Positions 40,991 to 52,391 of a stretch of 64,000 nt of DNA are shown here, piece after piece. The stretch lies in NCBI GenBank assembly GCA_963722795.1, contig CAVROD010000004.1, forward strand, positions 203,443-267,442, written 5' to 3'. A program made the position numbers and the translations under genes. Each line of letters starts with the position of its first letter. Within the stretch, counting starts at the first letter, position 1. The notes below the pieces were generated by a model. That model was not told the DNA's origin and did not search any database. It saw only the letters and a program-made list of their open reading frames with translations. Origin of the DNA: an uncultured Actinomycetes bacterium. Lineage in GTDB: Bacteria > Actinomycetota > UBA4738 > HRBIN12.

Positions 40991-42540
40991 TGGACACCGT
41001 GCCCTGGTTGACGCTCGCGATCGCCGCGCCGCTCGTGGGACTGCCGGTGCTCCTGTTCTGGCGCTCGATCTCCGACGATGCGGCGCGGTGGATCGGGCTC
41101 GCCTCGACGCTCACGGCCTTCGTGGTCTCCCTCGGCATGCTCGCGAACTTCGAGTCGGGGCAGGCCGGCTTCCAGATGGTCTCGAAGCACCCGTGGGTCG
41201 AGTCGGTCGGTCTCTCGTGGTTCGTCGGCGTCGACGGCTTCTCGATCTGGCTCGTGATGGTCACGACGTTCATGTTCCCCATCGCGGTCGCGGCGTCGTG
41301 GAAGGTCGACCATCAGGTGCGCCGCTACATGGCGATGTCGCTGTTCCTGGAGACCGTGATCATCGGCGCGTTCCTGTCGCTGGACCTGCTGCTGTTCTTC
41401 GTGTTCTTCGAGGCCCTGCTGTTCCCGATGTACTACATCATCGGGGTGTGGGGCTCGAAGCGGCGCGTGTACGCCGCCACGAAGTTCCTGCTGTACACGA
41501 TGTTCGGCTCGGCGTTCCTGCTCGTGGGCATCCTCTACCTGTACGTGGAGTCGGGGCGCCAGCTCGGCGCGGCGACCTTCGATCTCACGGCGCTCGAGCA
41601 GCTCGAGCTGTCGACGAGCGCAGGACGGTGGCTGTTCCTCGCCTTCTTCATCGGGTTCGCCGTCAAGGTGCCGGTGTGGCCGCTGCACACGTGGTTGCCC
41701 GACGCCCACACCGAGGCGCCGACGAAGGGCTCGATCGTGCTGGCCGCGATCCTGCTGAAGACGGGGCCCTACGGCATGTTGCGGTTCAACCTCGACCTGT
41801 TCCCCGAGGCGGCGCAGTACTTCGCCACCGCGATCATGGTGCTCGCGGTCATCGGCATCATCTACGGGGCTGTGGTGGCGATGATGCAGACCGACATCAA
41901 GCGGCTCATCGCGTACTCGTCGGTGAGTCACATGGGGCTCATCGTGCTCGGCATCTTCGCGTTCTCGGCCGAGTCGATGGACGGCGCCGTGATCCAGATG
42001 GTGAACCACGGTCTCAGTACGGGCATGTTGTTCCTCGTGTTCGGCATGCTGTACGAGCGCACGCACACGCGCGAGATCGCCGACCTCGGCGGCATCGTGC
42101 AGGTCACGCCGTGGCTCGCGGGCGCCTACGTGATCGCGATGCTGTCGTCGATCGGCCTGCCCGGGCTCAACAACTTCGTGGGCGAGTTCCTCGTGCTGCT
42201 CGGCACCTTCTCGGTCGACCGGGTGCTGGCGTCGATCGCCATCGTCGGCGTGATCCTCAGCGCCGTGTACATGCTCTGGTCGTACCAGCGCACGTTCCAG
42301 GGCTCCCTGAAGGACCGGTGGGCCTCGTTGCCGGACCTGAGCTGGCGAGAGGGTGCGATCGTGGCGCCGATCGTCGTTGCGATGCTCTGGATCGGTCTGC
42401 ATCCGGCGCCGGTGCTCGAACGGCTGCGACCGACCTCGGAGCAGGTGTCGGAGCGCATGGCTACCTTCGAGCCGACGACCATCTCGACCACCGCCGGCAC
42501 GACGGTCCCCGGCGATCCCACGGGCGGGGAGGCGCCGTGA
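40990..42540 (+). CDS. nuoM: NADH-quinone oxidoreductase subunit M
   Basis: Antiporter-like, with WPLHTWLPDAHTEAPTKGSIVLAAILLKTGPYG. Confidence 0.9.
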   Translation: MDTVPWLTLAIAAPLVGLPVLLFWRSISDDAARWIGLASTLTAFVVSLGMLANFESGQAGFQMVSKHPWVESVGLSWFVGVDGFSIWLVMVTTFMFPIAVAASWKVDHQVRRYMAMSLFLETVIIGAFLSLDLLLFFVFFEALLFPMYYIIGVWGSKRRVYAATKFLLYTMFGSAFLLVGILYLYVESGRQLGAATFDLTALEQLELSTSAGRWLFLAFFIGFAVKVPVWPLHTWLPDAHTEAPTKGSIVLAAILLKTGPYGMLRFNLDLFPEAAQYFATAIMVLAVIGIIYGAVVAMMQTDIKRLIAYSSVSHMGLIVLGIFAFSAESMDGAVIQMVNHGLSTGMLFLVFGMLYERTHTREIADLGGIVQVTPWLAGAYVIAMLSSIGLPGLNNFVGEFLVLLGTFSVDRVLASIAIVGVILSAVYMLWSYQRTFQGSLKDRWASLPDLSWREGAIVAPIVVAMLWIGLHPAPVLERLRPTSEQVSERMATFEPTTISTTAGTTVPGDPTGGEAP

Positions 42541-43982
42541 GCGACGCCCCGCGCGTGGAGCTGTGGGCGATCCTGCCCGTGTTGATCCTGTTCGGCGGGG
42601 CGCTCGTGGCGCTGCTCGGCTCGGCGTTCGCCCGGCGCGGCGCCCAGGCCCCGTTCGTGCTGTTCACGCTCGCCGTGCTCGCCGCCGCATCGGCCTCGGC
42701 GCTCTGGCTCTGGGACCGCGAACCCGTCACCGTGCTGGAGGGCATGGCGAGCGTCGACCGGCTCGCCGTCGTGGGCACCCTCATGCTCTGCGGCATCGGG
42801 GCCTTCGCTGCCTACCTCGGGTTCCACTACTTCGAGCGTGACGAGTTCCGGCGCAACGAGTTCTACGCGTTGGTGCTCTTCGCCCTCGGGGGCATGGCGC
42901 TGCTCGTGGCCGCCGCCGACCTCATCGTGGTGTTCCTCGCGATCGAGGTGCTCTCGCTCTCGCTGTACGTGCTCACGGCGCTCACGTTCCGCCGCGGGCC
43001 CGCCGAGGCCGCGATGAAGTACTTCCTGCTCGGGGCGTTCGCCTCGGCGTTCCTGCTCTACGGGGTCGCGATGAGCTACGGCGCGGCGGCGACGACGAGC
43101 ATCCAGGGCCTCGCGCGCGCCCTCGCCGGCGGGGGGGACAGCCGGGCGCTCGCGATCGCCGGGGCGCTCTTGCTCGTGGTCGGCCTCGGGTTCAAGGTCT
43201 CGCTCGTGCCGTTCCACATGTGGACGCCCGACGTGTATCAGGGCGCGCCGAGCCCCGTGACCGCGTTCATGGCCGCCGCGACGAAGGTGGCGGTGTTCGT
43301 CGTGCTCGTGCGCGTGCTCGACGTGGCGTTCAGCCCGTTGCAGTGGGATCTCGCGCCCGCCGTAGCGGCCCTGTCGGCCGTCTCGATGGTCGTGGGCAGC
43401 GTGCTCGCGATCGCCCAGCGCGACGTGAAGCGCATGCTGGCCTACTCGAGCATCGCCCAGGCCGGGTTCATCCTGTCGGCGTTCGTCTCGCCCGACAGCG
43501 AGGCGATCGCGGCGGCGTTGTTCTATCTGATCGCCTACGGCGCTGCCGTGCTCGGCGCCTTCGGCGTCGTGATGCTCATCTCCGGCGGCATCCGCGAGCA
43601 GACCGGCTTCGACCGGTTCCGGGGCCTCGGCCGGCGGCAGCCCGCGCTGGCGGTGCTGCTCACGGTGTTCCTGCTCTCGCTCGCGGGCATCCCGCCGACC
43701 GCCGGGTTCGCGGCCAAGGTGCTCGTGTTCGGGGCGGCGACGAACGCGGGGTACTGGCCGCTCGTGCTGATCGGGGCCCTCGCGAGCGTGGTCGGAGCCT
43801 TCTTCTACCTGCGGGTCGTCGCCCTCATGGCGATGCAGGAACCCGAGGGCGACGACGTCGCCGACCCCTCCCCGCTGCCTCGCCTCGTGCTGGCCGTGCC
43901 CGCGCTGTCGGTCATCGTGCTGGGTATCGTGCCGGGTGTGCTCGTGCCGCTGCTGCAGGAAGCCGGGGTCCTCTCGTGGTGA
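42537..43982 (+). CDS. nuoN: NADH-quinone oxidoreductase subunit N
   Basis: Antiporter-like, with FHMWTPDVYQGAPSPVTAFMAAATK. Confidence 0.9.
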   Translation: MSDAPRVELWAILPVLILFGGALVALLGSAFARRGAQAPFVLFTLAVLAAASASALWLWDREPVTVLEGMASVDRLAVVGTLMLCGIGAFAAYLGFHYFERDEFRRNEFYALVLFALGGMALLVAAADLIVVFLAIEVLSLSLYVLTALTFRRGPAEAAMKYFLLGAFASAFLLYGVAMSYGAAATTSIQGLARALAGGGDSRALAIAGALLLVVGLGFKVSLVPFHMWTPDVYQGAPSPVTAFMAAATKVAVFVVLVRVLDVAFSPLQWDLAPAVAALSAVSMVVGSVLAIAQRDVKRMLAYSSIAQAGFILSAFVSPDSEAIAAALFYLIAYGAAVLGAFGVVMLISGGIREQTGFDRFRGLGRRQPALAVLLTVFLLSLAGIPPTAGFAAKVLVFGAATNAGYWPLVLIGALASVVGAFFYLRVVALMAMQEPEGDDVADPSPLPRLVLAVPALSVIVLGIVPGVLVPLLQEAGVLSW

Positions 43983-43989
43983 GGTGCGC

Positions 43990-45000
43990 ATGAGCCGTCG
44001 CGTGATCCCGGGCCTCGAGGCGCCCGACGCCACCCTGGAGGCCGAGGTGCGCACCCGTCTCGACCAGGTCGAGCAGGCGCTGGAGAAGTCGGTGCACGCC
44101 GAGGCCTCGGGCATGCTCACCGAGACCTCGTCGTACCTGATCGCGGCCGGTGGCAAGCGGTTCCGGGCGATGCTGGTGCTGCTCGCCGGCTACTTCGGCG
44201 ACCCGGCCGACCCGCGGCTCGTGCCGGGCTCGGTCTCGATCGAGCTCGTGCACCTCGCCACGCTCTACCACGACGACGTGATCGACGAGGCCGATGCCCG
44301 GCGCGGGGCGCCGAGCGCGAACGTGCGCTGGGACAACACGGTCGCGATCCTCACGGGCGACTTCTTGTTCGCGCGGGCCTCGGAGATCTCGACCGATCTC
44401 GGCACCGACGTCTGCCGCCTGCTCGCCCGCACGATCGCGGTGCTGTGCGACGGTCAGATCCGAGAGGTCGACAGCTCGGCCAAGGTCGAGCAGGAGGTCT
44501 CGAACTACCTCGAGATCATCCGCCGCAAGACGGCGTCGCTGATCGCGACCTCGTGCCGGCTCGGCGGCATGCTCTCCGACGCCGCGCCCGAGGCGGTCGA
44601 GGTGCTCGACGAGTTCGGCGACGCGCTCGGCATGGCCTACCAGCTCTCCGACGACATCATGGACATCACCTCGTCGCAGATGGAGCTCGGCAAGGAGCCC
44701 GGCCAGGACCTCCGCGAGGGCGTCTACACGCTGCCGGTGCTGCACGCCCTGGCCCACGACGAGCATCGCGAGGAGCTCTCGCGCATCCTCTCCCACGGCT
44801 CGCCCGACGGCGAGATGCTCGATCGCGCCCTCGAGATCGTGCGGTCGGGGGGCTCGGTCGACGTGGCCCGCGCGGCCGTGACCGACGAGGTCAGGCGGGC
44901 GACGCGGCTCGCCGAGCGACTGCCCGAGGGACCGGCTCGCCACGCCTTGATCCAGCTCGCGAAGTTCCTGGCCGCCAGGTGCGGCGCGGAGGCCGGATGA
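43990..45000 (+). CDS. polyprenyl synthetase family protein (long-chain, menaquinone side-chain type)
   Basis: Asp-rich motifs LYHDDVIDEAD and YQLSDDIMD. Immediately follows nuoN. Confidence 0.85.
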   Translation: MSRRVIPGLEAPDATLEAEVRTRLDQVEQALEKSVHAEASGMLTETSSYLIAAGGKRFRAMLVLLAGYFGDPADPRLVPGSVSIELVHLATLYHDDVIDEADARRGAPSANVRWDNTVAILTGDFLFARASEISTDLGTDVCRLLARTIAVLCDGQIREVDSSAKVEQEVSNYLEIIRRKTASLIATSCRLGGMLSDAAPEAVEVLDEFGDALGMAYQLSDDIMDITSSQMELGKEPGQDLREGVYTLPVLHALAHDEHREELSRILSHGSPDGEMLDRALEIVRSGGSVDVARAAVTDEVRRATRLAERLPEGPARHALIQLAKFLAARCGAEAG

Positions 45001-45073
45001 GCCGTTCCGACACCCCCCGAACCCCCGAGAAGGCGCTGCTAGGATACGGGCGCCCGAGGAGCCGTTCACTGTC

Positions 45074-45439
45074 ATGAGCGATTACTACGCGTCGTACGGA
45101 GTGGTGCTGGCGGTCCTGACCGCGGGTGCGCTGCTGGTCGCCGTGGCGTTCACCGCGGCGCGTCTGATCGCCCCGAACCGGCCAAGTCGCGAGAAGCTCC
45201 TGACCTACGAATGCGGCATCGATCCGGTCGGACAGGGGTGGTCGCAGAGCCACGTGCGCTACTACGTGTACGGCTTCCTGTTCGTCATCTTCGACGTCGA
45301 GAGCGTGTTCCTCTTCCCGTGGGCGAGGGTCCTCGAGGACATCGGGTACGCGGCCGTGGTGGAGATGGCGATCTTCATCGCGATCTTGGCCGTCGGGCTG
45401 CTCTACGCGTGGCGCAAGGGGGTCCTGCGGTGGGCCTGA
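45074..45439 (+). CDS. nuoA2: NADH-quinone oxidoreductase subunit A, second copy
   Basis: Contains YECGIDP...[22 protein letters not shown]. Confidence 0.85.
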   Translation: MSDYYASYGVVLAVLTAGALLVAVAFTAARLIAPNRPSREKLLTYECGIDPVGQGWSQSHVRYYVYGFLFVIFDVESVFLFPWARVLEDIGYAAVVEMAIFIAILAVGLLYAWRKGVLRWA

Positions 45440-45936
45440 TCACCGAGAAGACCGCGCTGCCGCGCATCCAGCCCGTGAAGTTCATCCTCAACTGGGGGCG
45501 CCGCTACTCCCTGTGGGTCATGAACTTCGGACTCGCGTGCTGCGCGATCGAGTTCATCGCCGCGTCGACCGCCAAGAACGACTTCATCCGCCTCGGTGTC
45601 ATCCCCACGGCCCACGGCCCGCGCCAGGCCGACCTGCTCGTGGTGGCCGGCACCCTCACCGACAAGATGGCCCCGGCGCTCAAGCGCGTGTACGAGCAGA
45701 TGCCCGACCCGAAGTACGTGATCTCGTTCGGCTCGTGCTCCAACTGCGGCGGCCCCTACTGGGACAGCTACTCCGTGACCAAGGGCGTCGACCAGATCGT
45801 GCCCATCGACGTGTACGTGCCGGGGTGTCCGCCGCGGCCCGAAGCGCTGCTGCACGGCATCCTGGAGCTGCAGCGCAAGATCAAGGACGAAGACATCGCG
45901 GAGAAGTTCGGTGGCCCGGCATCCGCGGCGTTCTGA
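45430..45936 (+). CDS. nuoB2: NADH-quinone oxidoreductase subunit B, second copy
   Basis: Contains [20 protein letters not shown] and VPGCPP. Confidence 0.85.
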   Translation: MGLITEKTALPRIQPVKFILNWGRRYSLWVMNFGLACCAIEFIAASTAKNDFIRLGVIPTAHGPRQADLLVVAGTLTDKMAPALKRVYEQMPDPKYVISFGSCSNCGGPYWDSYSVTKGVDQIVPIDVYVPGCPPRPEALLHGILELQRKIKDEDIAEKFGGPASAAF

Positions 45937-45946
45937 TGGGGGCGCG

Positions 45947-46471
45947 GTGAGCGGCGCCGGCACCCTGGCGCTCGACGATGCCGCCTCGCGGCTTCGGGCT
46001 CGATTCGGCGACGACCTGCTCGAGGTGGCCGAGCAGCACGGCCACCTCGCGGTGTCGGTGACGCCCGCCCGCTACCACGACGTCTGCCGATTCGTGCGCG
46101 ACGAGCCCGAGTTCGACTGTGACTACGCCGACTTCACCACAGGCGTCGACCGAGGCGACGACGGCGGGTTCGAGGTCGTGACCCATGTCTTCTCGACGAC
46201 CCATCACCACAACGTGCGCGTGAAGGTGACGCTGCCACATGACGAGCCCGCCGTGGCGACCGTGAGCGACCTGTGGGCCACATGCGACTGGCACGAACGT
46301 GAGACCGCGGAGATGTTCGGCATCCGGTTCGAGGGCCACCCCCAGCCCGTGAAGCTGTTGCTCTCCGAGCCGTTCGAGGGACATCCGCTGCGCAAGGACT
46401 TCGCGCTCATGACGCGCGAGGCCAAGCCCTGGCCCGGCGCGTCCGAGGGCGAGGAGGACGACGAGGCATGA
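45947..46471 (+). CDS. nuoC2: NADH-quinone oxidoreductase subunit C, second copy; no nuoD-like gene follows
   Basis: Contains CDWHERETAEMFGIRFEGHP. 174 aa, so it is not a C-D fusion. Its stop overlaps the nuoH2 start (ATGA). Confidence 0.8.
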   Translation: MSGAGTLALDDAASRLRARFGDDLLEVAEQHGHLAVSVTPARYHDVCRFVRDEPEFDCDYADFTTGVDRGDDGGFEVVTHVFSTTHHHNVRVKVTLPHDEPAVATVSDLWATCDWHERETAEMFGIRFEGHPQPVKLLLSEPFEGHPLRKDFALMTREAKPWPGASEGEEDDEA

Positions 46472-47481
46472 TCGACGTGGTCGCCACCTCGGGCGTCTCG
46501 TTCATCGAGGAGCTCACGTCCAACTTCTGGCTCTCGCTGGTGCTGAAGACGGTGCTGGTCATGGCCTTCTTCCTCATCGTGCCACTCGGGGTGGGCTACA
46601 TGGAGCACAAGGTGCTGGCGCACATGCAGTCGCGTCTCGGACCCATGGAGGCGGGCGCCTTCCACGGCTGGGCGCAGCTCATCGCCGACGGCGTGAAGTT
46701 CATCCAGAAGGAGAACGTCGTGCCGGCGGCGGCCGACCGCACGATCTACTCGCTGGCGCCGGCGGTGGCGATGGTGCCCTACATCGCGATCCTCGTCGTG
46801 CTGCCCTTCAGTGACACGCTGTTCGCGCTCGATCTCGACATCGGCATCTTCTTCGTGATGGCCATGTCGAGCGTGTCGGTGATCGGCGTGCTCATGGCAG
46901 GGTGGTCGAGCGCCAACAAGTTCTCGCTGATCGGGGCTTTGCGCGCGGCCGCGCAGCTGATCGCCTACGAGCTGCCGCTCGTGCTGGCCGCTGCGGGCGT
47001 CGTGATGCTCTCGGGCGTGACCTCGATGGTCGGCATCGTCGAGGCGCAGGAATCGCTCTGGTACGTGATCCCGCTGTTCCCGCTGTTCGTGATCTTCATG
47101 CTCGCCTCGCTCGCCGAGCTGAGCCGCACGCCCTTCGACATGCCGATCGCCGACTCCGAGATCATCTTCGGCGCCTACACCGAGTACGGGGGGCTGAAGT
47201 TCGCGTTCTTCCTGCTCGCCGAGTACGGGGGCATCGTGGCGCTCTCGGGCGTCGCCGCCGTGCTGTTCCTCGGCGGCTACCAGGGCCTGCCGGGCATCCC
47301 GCTCCCCGACCCGATCTGGATGGCGGGCAAGATCGGCGTGCTGTCGTTCTTCGTGATCTGGCTGCGGGCCACCTACCCGCGCCTGCGCGAGGACCAGCTG
47401 CAGCGGTTCGCCTGGCTCACGCTCATCCCGATCTCGCTCCTGTGGATCCTGGGCGCCGCCGTCTTCAAGGTCGCCTTCTAA
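46468..47481 (+). CDS. nuoH2: NADH-quinone oxidoreductase subunit H, second copy
   Basis: Contains SRLGPMEAG..GWAQLIADGVKFIQKE and ELSRTPFDMPIADSEIIFGAYTEYGG. Confidence 0.85.
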   Translation: MIDVVATSGVSFIEELTSNFWLSLVLKTVLVMAFFLIVPLGVGYMEHKVLAHMQSRLGPMEAGAFHGWAQLIADGVKFIQKENVVPAAADRTIYSLAPAVAMVPYIAILVVLPFSDTLFALDLDIGIFFVMAMSSVSVIGVLMAGWSSANKFSLIGALRAAAQLIAYELPLVLAAAGVVMLSGVTSMVGIVEAQESLWYVIPLFPLFVIFMLASLAELSRTPFDMPIADSEIIFGAYTEYGGLKFAFFLLAEYGGIVALSGVAAVLFLGGYQGLPGIPLPDPIWMAGKIGVLSFFVIWLRATYPRLREDQLQRFAWLTLIPISLLWILGAAVFKVAF

Positions 47482-47502
47482 CCGACAAGGACGAACGACA
47501 CC

Positions 47503-48036
47503 GTGGCCATCGACCGAACGCACATCGACCAGCCCGAATCGGGGGTCGGCCAGGGCCTGCTCAAGGGCCTCGCGGTCACGATGAAGACGATGCTGCGCCC
47601 GGCGGTCACGGTGCAGTACCCGCACGTGAAGCCCGATCTGCCGGCGCGCACGCGCGGCGTCATCGCCCTGAAGCAGGAGAACTGCACCGTCTGCTACAAG
47701 TGCTCGCGCGAGTGCCCCGACTGGTGCATCTACATCGACGCCCACAAGGAGACCCACGAGCCGGCGGGCGGGGGCCGCGGGCGCTCGATGAAGGTGCTCG
47801 ACCGTTTCGCGATCGACTACGCCCTGTGCATGTACTGCGGCATCTGCGTCGAGGTGTGCCCGTTCGATGCCCTCTTCTGGAGCCCCGAGTTCGAGTACGC
47901 GGAGTACGAGATGGACCTGCTCATCCACGAGAAGGAGCGTCTCGAGGAGTGGACGTACACGGTGCTGCCGCCGCCCGCCTTGGAGGTCGGCGCCGAGCCG
48001 AGCGCCGACGCCCTCGTGGCGGAGGAGACCGCGTGA
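47503..48036 (+). CDS. nuoI2: NADH-quinone oxidoreductase subunit I, second copy
   Basis: Contains [12 protein letters not shown] and [12 protein letters not shown]. Confidence 0.85.
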   Translation: MAIDRTHIDQPESGVGQGLLKGLAVTMKTMLRPAVTVQYPHVKPDLPARTRGVIALKQENCTVCYKCSRECPDWCIYIDAHKETHEPAGGGRGRSMKVLDRFAIDYALCMYCGICVEVCPFDALFWSPEFEYAEYEMDLLIHEKERLEEWTYTVLPPPALEVGAEPSADALVAEETA

Positions 48037-48533
48037 GCGCACAGGAGTACGCCTTCTGCGTGCTGGCCGTCGTCGGCGGTCTGGCGGCCATCGCCGTGGT
48101 GACCGTGCGCAACGTCGTGCACGCGGCCCTGTACCTGGTGGTCTCGCTGCTCTCGGTCGCCGGGGTGTACCTGCTGCTCGGCGCCGAGTTCGTGGCCTGG
48201 GTGCAGATCCTGATCTACGTCGGTGCGATCGTGATCTTGTTCCTGTTCGGCTTGATGCTCACGAAGGCCCCGATCGGGCGCGATGCGCTCGACAACCAGC
48301 AACGCTGGCTCGGCGCACTCGTGGGCGTGGGCGTGTTCGCCGGGCTCGTGTTCCTGATCCAGCGGGCCTATCCGGTGCAGGACGCCGTGGCGTTCCGAAC
48401 GGTCGAGGGCACGACCGACGTCGTGGGCGAGGCGATCTTCCGCCACTACGTGCTGCCGTTCGAGGCCGTGTCGTTCCTGCTGCTGGCGGCCCTGATCGGC
48501 GCCATCGTGCTCGCCCGCAAGGACGACGCATGA
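48033..48533 (+). CDS. nuoJ2: NADH-quinone oxidoreductase subunit J, second copy
   Basis: Contains [48 protein letters not shown]. Confidence 0.85.
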   Translation: MSAQEYAFCVLAVVGGLAAIAVVTVRNVVHAALYLVVSLLSVAGVYLLLGAEFVAWVQILIYVGAIVILFLFGLMLTKAPIGRDALDNQQRWLGALVGVGVFAGLVFLIQRAYPVQDAVAFRTVEGTTDVVGEAIFRHYVLPFEAVSFLLLAALIGAIVLARKDDA

Positions 48534-48832
48534 TCCGGCTGCCGCTGGTGCTGATGTTCTCGGCCCTGCTGTTCTCCGCAGGGGTCTACGGGGTGCTCGC
48601 CCGCCGCAACGCGGTGATGGTGCTCATGGCGATCGAGCTGATGCTGAACGCCGTCAACGTGAACCTGGTCGCCTTCGCGGCCTCGCTGCAGGAGATGACG
48701 GGGCAGGTCTTCGCGCTGTTCGTGATCGCGGTGGCCGCCGCCGAGGTCGGCATCGGTCTCGCGATCGTCATCTTGCTGTTCCGCACGCGCGAGTCGATCA
48801 ACGTGGACGAGGTGAACCTGCTCAAGTGGTGA
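48530..48832 (+). CDS. nuoK2: NADH-quinone oxidoreductase subunit K, second copy
   Basis: Contains [26 protein letters not shown]...[17 protein letters not shown]. Confidence 0.85.
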   Translation: MIRLPLVLMFSALLFSAGVYGVLARRNAVMVLMAIELMLNAVNVNLVAFAASLQEMTGQVFALFVIAVAAAEVGIGLAIVILLFRTRESINVDEVNLLKW

Positions 48833-50826
48833 CCGCGCTGGCGTCCGAGGGGGAGGCGGCCTTCAAGGCCACGACCGACGGCATCTGGTTCGTCGAGCAT
48901 GCCTGGATCGTGGTGCTGCTGCCGCTGATCTCGTCGGCGCTCATCCTGTTCTTCGGCAAGCGCACGCCCGGCAAGGGGGCGGTGATCGGCATCACCGCGG
49001 TGGCCGCCGCGTTCGCGTTCTCGCTCGGCGTGCTCTGGCACTTCGTGGAAGGCGGGGGGCCCTTCGAGGCGAGCGTCGATTGGTTCACGGTCGGGCCGCT
49101 GCATCTGGAGCTCGGCATCCTCGTCGACGGACTCACCGCCATCATGCTCGTCGTCGTCACCTCGGTCTCGCTCTGCGTGCACGTCTACTCCCTCGGGTAC
49201 ATGCACGGCGACGAGCGGTTCACCTGGTTCTACGTGGTGCTCTCGCTGTTCACCGCCGCGATGCTCACCGTGGTCGTCTCGAACAACCTGATCCAGCTGC
49301 TCGTGGGCTGGGAGGTCATGGGCGTCTGCTCCTACCTGTTGATCGGGCACTGGTGGGAGGTCAAGGAGAACTCGAACGCCGCGATCAAGGCGTTCATCAC
49401 CACGCGCATCGGCGACATCCCGTTCATGTTCGGCATCATCATGCTCATCGCGCTCACCGGGTTCGAGACGACGAACATCGCCGAGATCTCGCACGAGTTG
49501 GGGGTCGGGGTGGCCTCGCCGCTGTTCGTCTCGATGGCGGCCATCCTGTTGTTCGGCGGCACGGTCGGGAAGTCGGCGCAGTTCCCGTTGCACGTGTGGC
49601 TGCCCGACGCGATGGCAGGTCCCACGCCCGTGTCGGCCCTGATCCACGCCGCCACCATGGTGGCGGCGGGCGTCTACCTGATCGGGCGCCTGTTCGAGGT
49701 GTTCCTGCAGGCCGAGCCGTGGGTGCTCACCACGGTCAGCATCGTCGCCGCGATCACCGCGCTCGGCGCCGCCCTGCTGGCGATCGTGCAGGACGACATC
49801 AAGCGTGTGCTCGCCTATTCGACGCTCTCGCAGCTCGCCTACATGGTGGCGGGGCTCTCCCTCGGCGAGCTGGGGCTCACCGCGGGGTTCTTCCACCTGT
49901 TCACCCACGCCTTCTTCAAAGCCCTGCTCTTCCTCGGGGCGGGCTCGGTGATCCACGCCGTGCACTCCAACAACATGAGCGACATGGGGGGCCTGCGGAA
50001 GTCGATGCCCGTCACGTTCTGGACGATGCTGATCGGCTCGCTCGCGCTCGCGGGCATCTTCCCGCTGGCCGGCTTCTGGTCGAAGGACGAGCTGCTCGTG
50101 GTCGCCGAGGAGGAGCATGTGACCTGGCTCTTCGTCGTCTTCCTCATCACCGCGGTGATCACCGCCTTCTACACGATCCGTATGGTGCTGCTCACGTTCT
50201 TCGGGGAGTACAAAGGGCAGGCGCACCCGCACGAATCGCCCCGTACGATGACCGGCCCGCTCGTCGCGCTCGCCGCCGCCACGATCGGGGTGGGCCTCCT
50301 CGGCTCGCCGCAACTCGGCGCCGTGTTCGGCAAGTGGGTCTTCTACGACGCGATCCACGAGGCCGTCTTCGTGCCGTGGATCGCGCTGCTGTCGACGGCC
50401 GGCGCGCTGCTGGGCCTGGCCGCGGGCTGGGCTCTCTACAAGGAACGGAAGCAACAGGACCCGCTGCAGGCCCCGATGGGGCCGCTGTGGAACGTGCTCG
50501 AGCACCGCTACTACATCGACGCCTTCTACATGCGGGCGATCGTCTACCCCGTGCGCGACACCTGGTCGGGGGCCGTCAACTGGTTCAATCAGACGGTGAT
50601 CGACGGCGTCGTGAACGGCGCCGCCCTGCTGGCGAGAGGCTTCGGTCAGGTGGTCGCCTGGTTCGACCGCTCGGTGATCGACGGCGTCGTGAACGGTGCT
50701 GGCGAGACCGCCGGGCGTACCGGCAACGTGCTGAAGTACCTGCAGACGGGCAACGTGCAGTGGTACGCCGTCGCGCTGTTCGTCGGCGTGATCGCGATGG
50801 CCGTCGTGTTCATCCGAGTCGTTTGA
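48826..50826 (+). CDS. nuoL2: NADH-quinone oxidoreductase subunit L, second copy
   Basis: 666 aa, with [28 protein letters not shown]. Confidence 0.85.
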   Translation: MVTALASEGEAAFKATTDGIWFVEHAWIVVLLPLISSALILFFGKRTPGKGAVIGITAVAAAFAFSLGVLWHFVEGGGPFEASVDWFTVGPLHLELGILVDGLTAIMLVVVTSVSLCVHVYSLGYMHGDERFTWFYVVLSLFTAAMLTVVVSNNLIQLLVGWEVMGVCSYLLIGHWWEVKENSNAAIKAFITTRIGDIPFMFGIIMLIALTGFETTNIAEISHELGVGVASPLFVSMAAILLFGGTVGKSAQFPLHVWLPDAMAGPTPVSALIHAATMVAAGVYLIGRLFEVFLQAEPWVLTTVSIVAAITALGAALLAIVQDDIKRVLAYSTLSQLAYMVAGLSLGELGLTAGFFHLFTHAFFKALLFLGAGSVIHAVHSNNMSDMGGLRKSMPVTFWTMLIGSLALAGIFPLAGFWSKDELLVVAEEEHVTWLFVVFLITAVITAFYTIRMVLLTFFGEYKGQAHPHESPRTMTGPLVALAAATIGVGLLGSPQLGAVFGKWVFYDAIHEAVFVPWIALLSTAGALLGLAAGWALYKERKQQDPLQAPMGPLWNVLEHRYYIDAFYMRAIVYPVRDTWSGAVNWFNQTVIDGVVNGAALLARGFGQVVAWFDRSVIDGVVNGAGETAGRTGNVLKYLQTGNVQWYAVALFVGVIAMAVVFIRVV

Positions 50827-50845
50827 GAGGAAGCGTGGAGGCCAC

Positions 50846-52382
50846 ATGACCTGGGAGAACTCGGCCATCACGATCACCACGATGCTGCCCATCGTCGGCG
50901 CGCTGGTGATCGTGCTGATGCCACGGGGCAAGGACCGCGCGATCCGCGGTCTCGGCATCGTGTTCACGGGGGCGGCGCTCGTGCTCGCGATCGCGATCGC
51001 GATCGGGTTCGACTACGGCACCGATGGCCTGCAGTACGTGCTCGACGTGAACTGGATCAGCGCGATCGGGGTGCGCTACCACGTGGGCATCGACGGCATC
51101 TCGCTGCCCCTCTACGTGCTGACCTTCCTGCTGTCGTTCCTCTGCGCGATCTACAGCTGGCGCTACGTGCCCGACCCGGGCCGCACGAAGGCCTTCCTCG
51201 CACTGATGCTGCTGCTCGAGACCGGCATGGCGGGCACGTTCATCGCGTTCGACCTGATCCTGTTCTTCGTGTTCTGGGAGATGGTGCTCGTGCCGATGTA
51301 CTTCCTCATCGCCGTCTGGGGTTCGGCGAACCGCGAGTACGCCTCGATCAAGTTCTTCCTCTACACGCTGTTCGGGTCGATCTTCATGCTGCTGGGCTTC
51401 CTCGCGATGTACTTCCAGGGGCCCGACCCGCACACGTTCGACATGGTGGTGCTCCGCGACTTCGGCATCGCGGGCGGCTTCACGTCAGTCGTTCCAGCTG
51501 ATCGTGTTCGGAGCCGTTGCGCTCGGCTTCGCGGTGAAGGTGCCGATGTGGCCGTTCCACACGTGGCTGCCCGACGCCCACACCGAGGCCCCGACGATCG
51601 GCTCGGTGCTGCTGGCCGGCATCATGCTGAAGATGGGCACCTACGGGTTCATCCGCATCGCGATCCCGATCCTGCCCGACGGCGCCCAGAAGTACGCACC
51701 GTGGATCGGTGCGCTCGCCGCGATCGCCATCGTGTACGCAGCGCTCGCGTGCCTCGCGCAGAAGGACCTGAAACGCCTCATCGCGTTCTCATCGGTCGGG
51801 CACATGGGCTTCGTGATGCTCGGCATCGCGACCCTCACCGAGATCGGCATCCAGGCAGCCATCTTCGGCATGGTGGCCCACGGCGTGATCACGGGCATGC
51901 TGTTCTTCTGCGTCGGCTCGATCTACGACCGCTACCACACGCGCGAGATCGCGAAGATCGGGGGCGGCATGCTGCAGGCGATGCCGAAGCTCGGCAGCGT
52001 CTTCGCCTTCGTGGCGATCGCTTCGCTCGGCCTGCCCGGGCTCGCCGGGTTCTGGGGTGAGGTGATGGCGCTGCTCAGCTCGTTCAGCCCGAACGAGGTC
52101 CTGTTGGCGGACCAGGTGGGTCTGTTCCGTGTGTTCATGGTGATGGGGGGCATCGGCACCGTGCTCACGGCCGGCTACTTCCTGTGGATGCTGCAGCGGG
52201 TGAACATGGGCACCGTGCCCGACCAGTGGCGCGAGGCGGGGCTGCGCGACGTGCTGGTGATCGAGTGGGTGTCGTGGGTGCCCCTGCTGCTGTTGACCCT
52301 GGTGCTCGGGTTGTACCCGCGACTCGTGTTCGGTGTCACCGACGAGGCCGTGAACGGCCTCATGCAGCTGTTGGGGAGCTAG
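50846..52382 (+). CDS. nuoM2: NADH-quinone oxidoreductase subunit M, second copy, one frame switch near 51490
   Basis: Contains WPFHTWLPDAHTEAPTIGSVLLAGIMLKMGTYG. The N-terminal 215 aa lie in a different frame from the rest. Confidence 0.8.
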
Positions 52383-52391
52383 GTCGCCTCG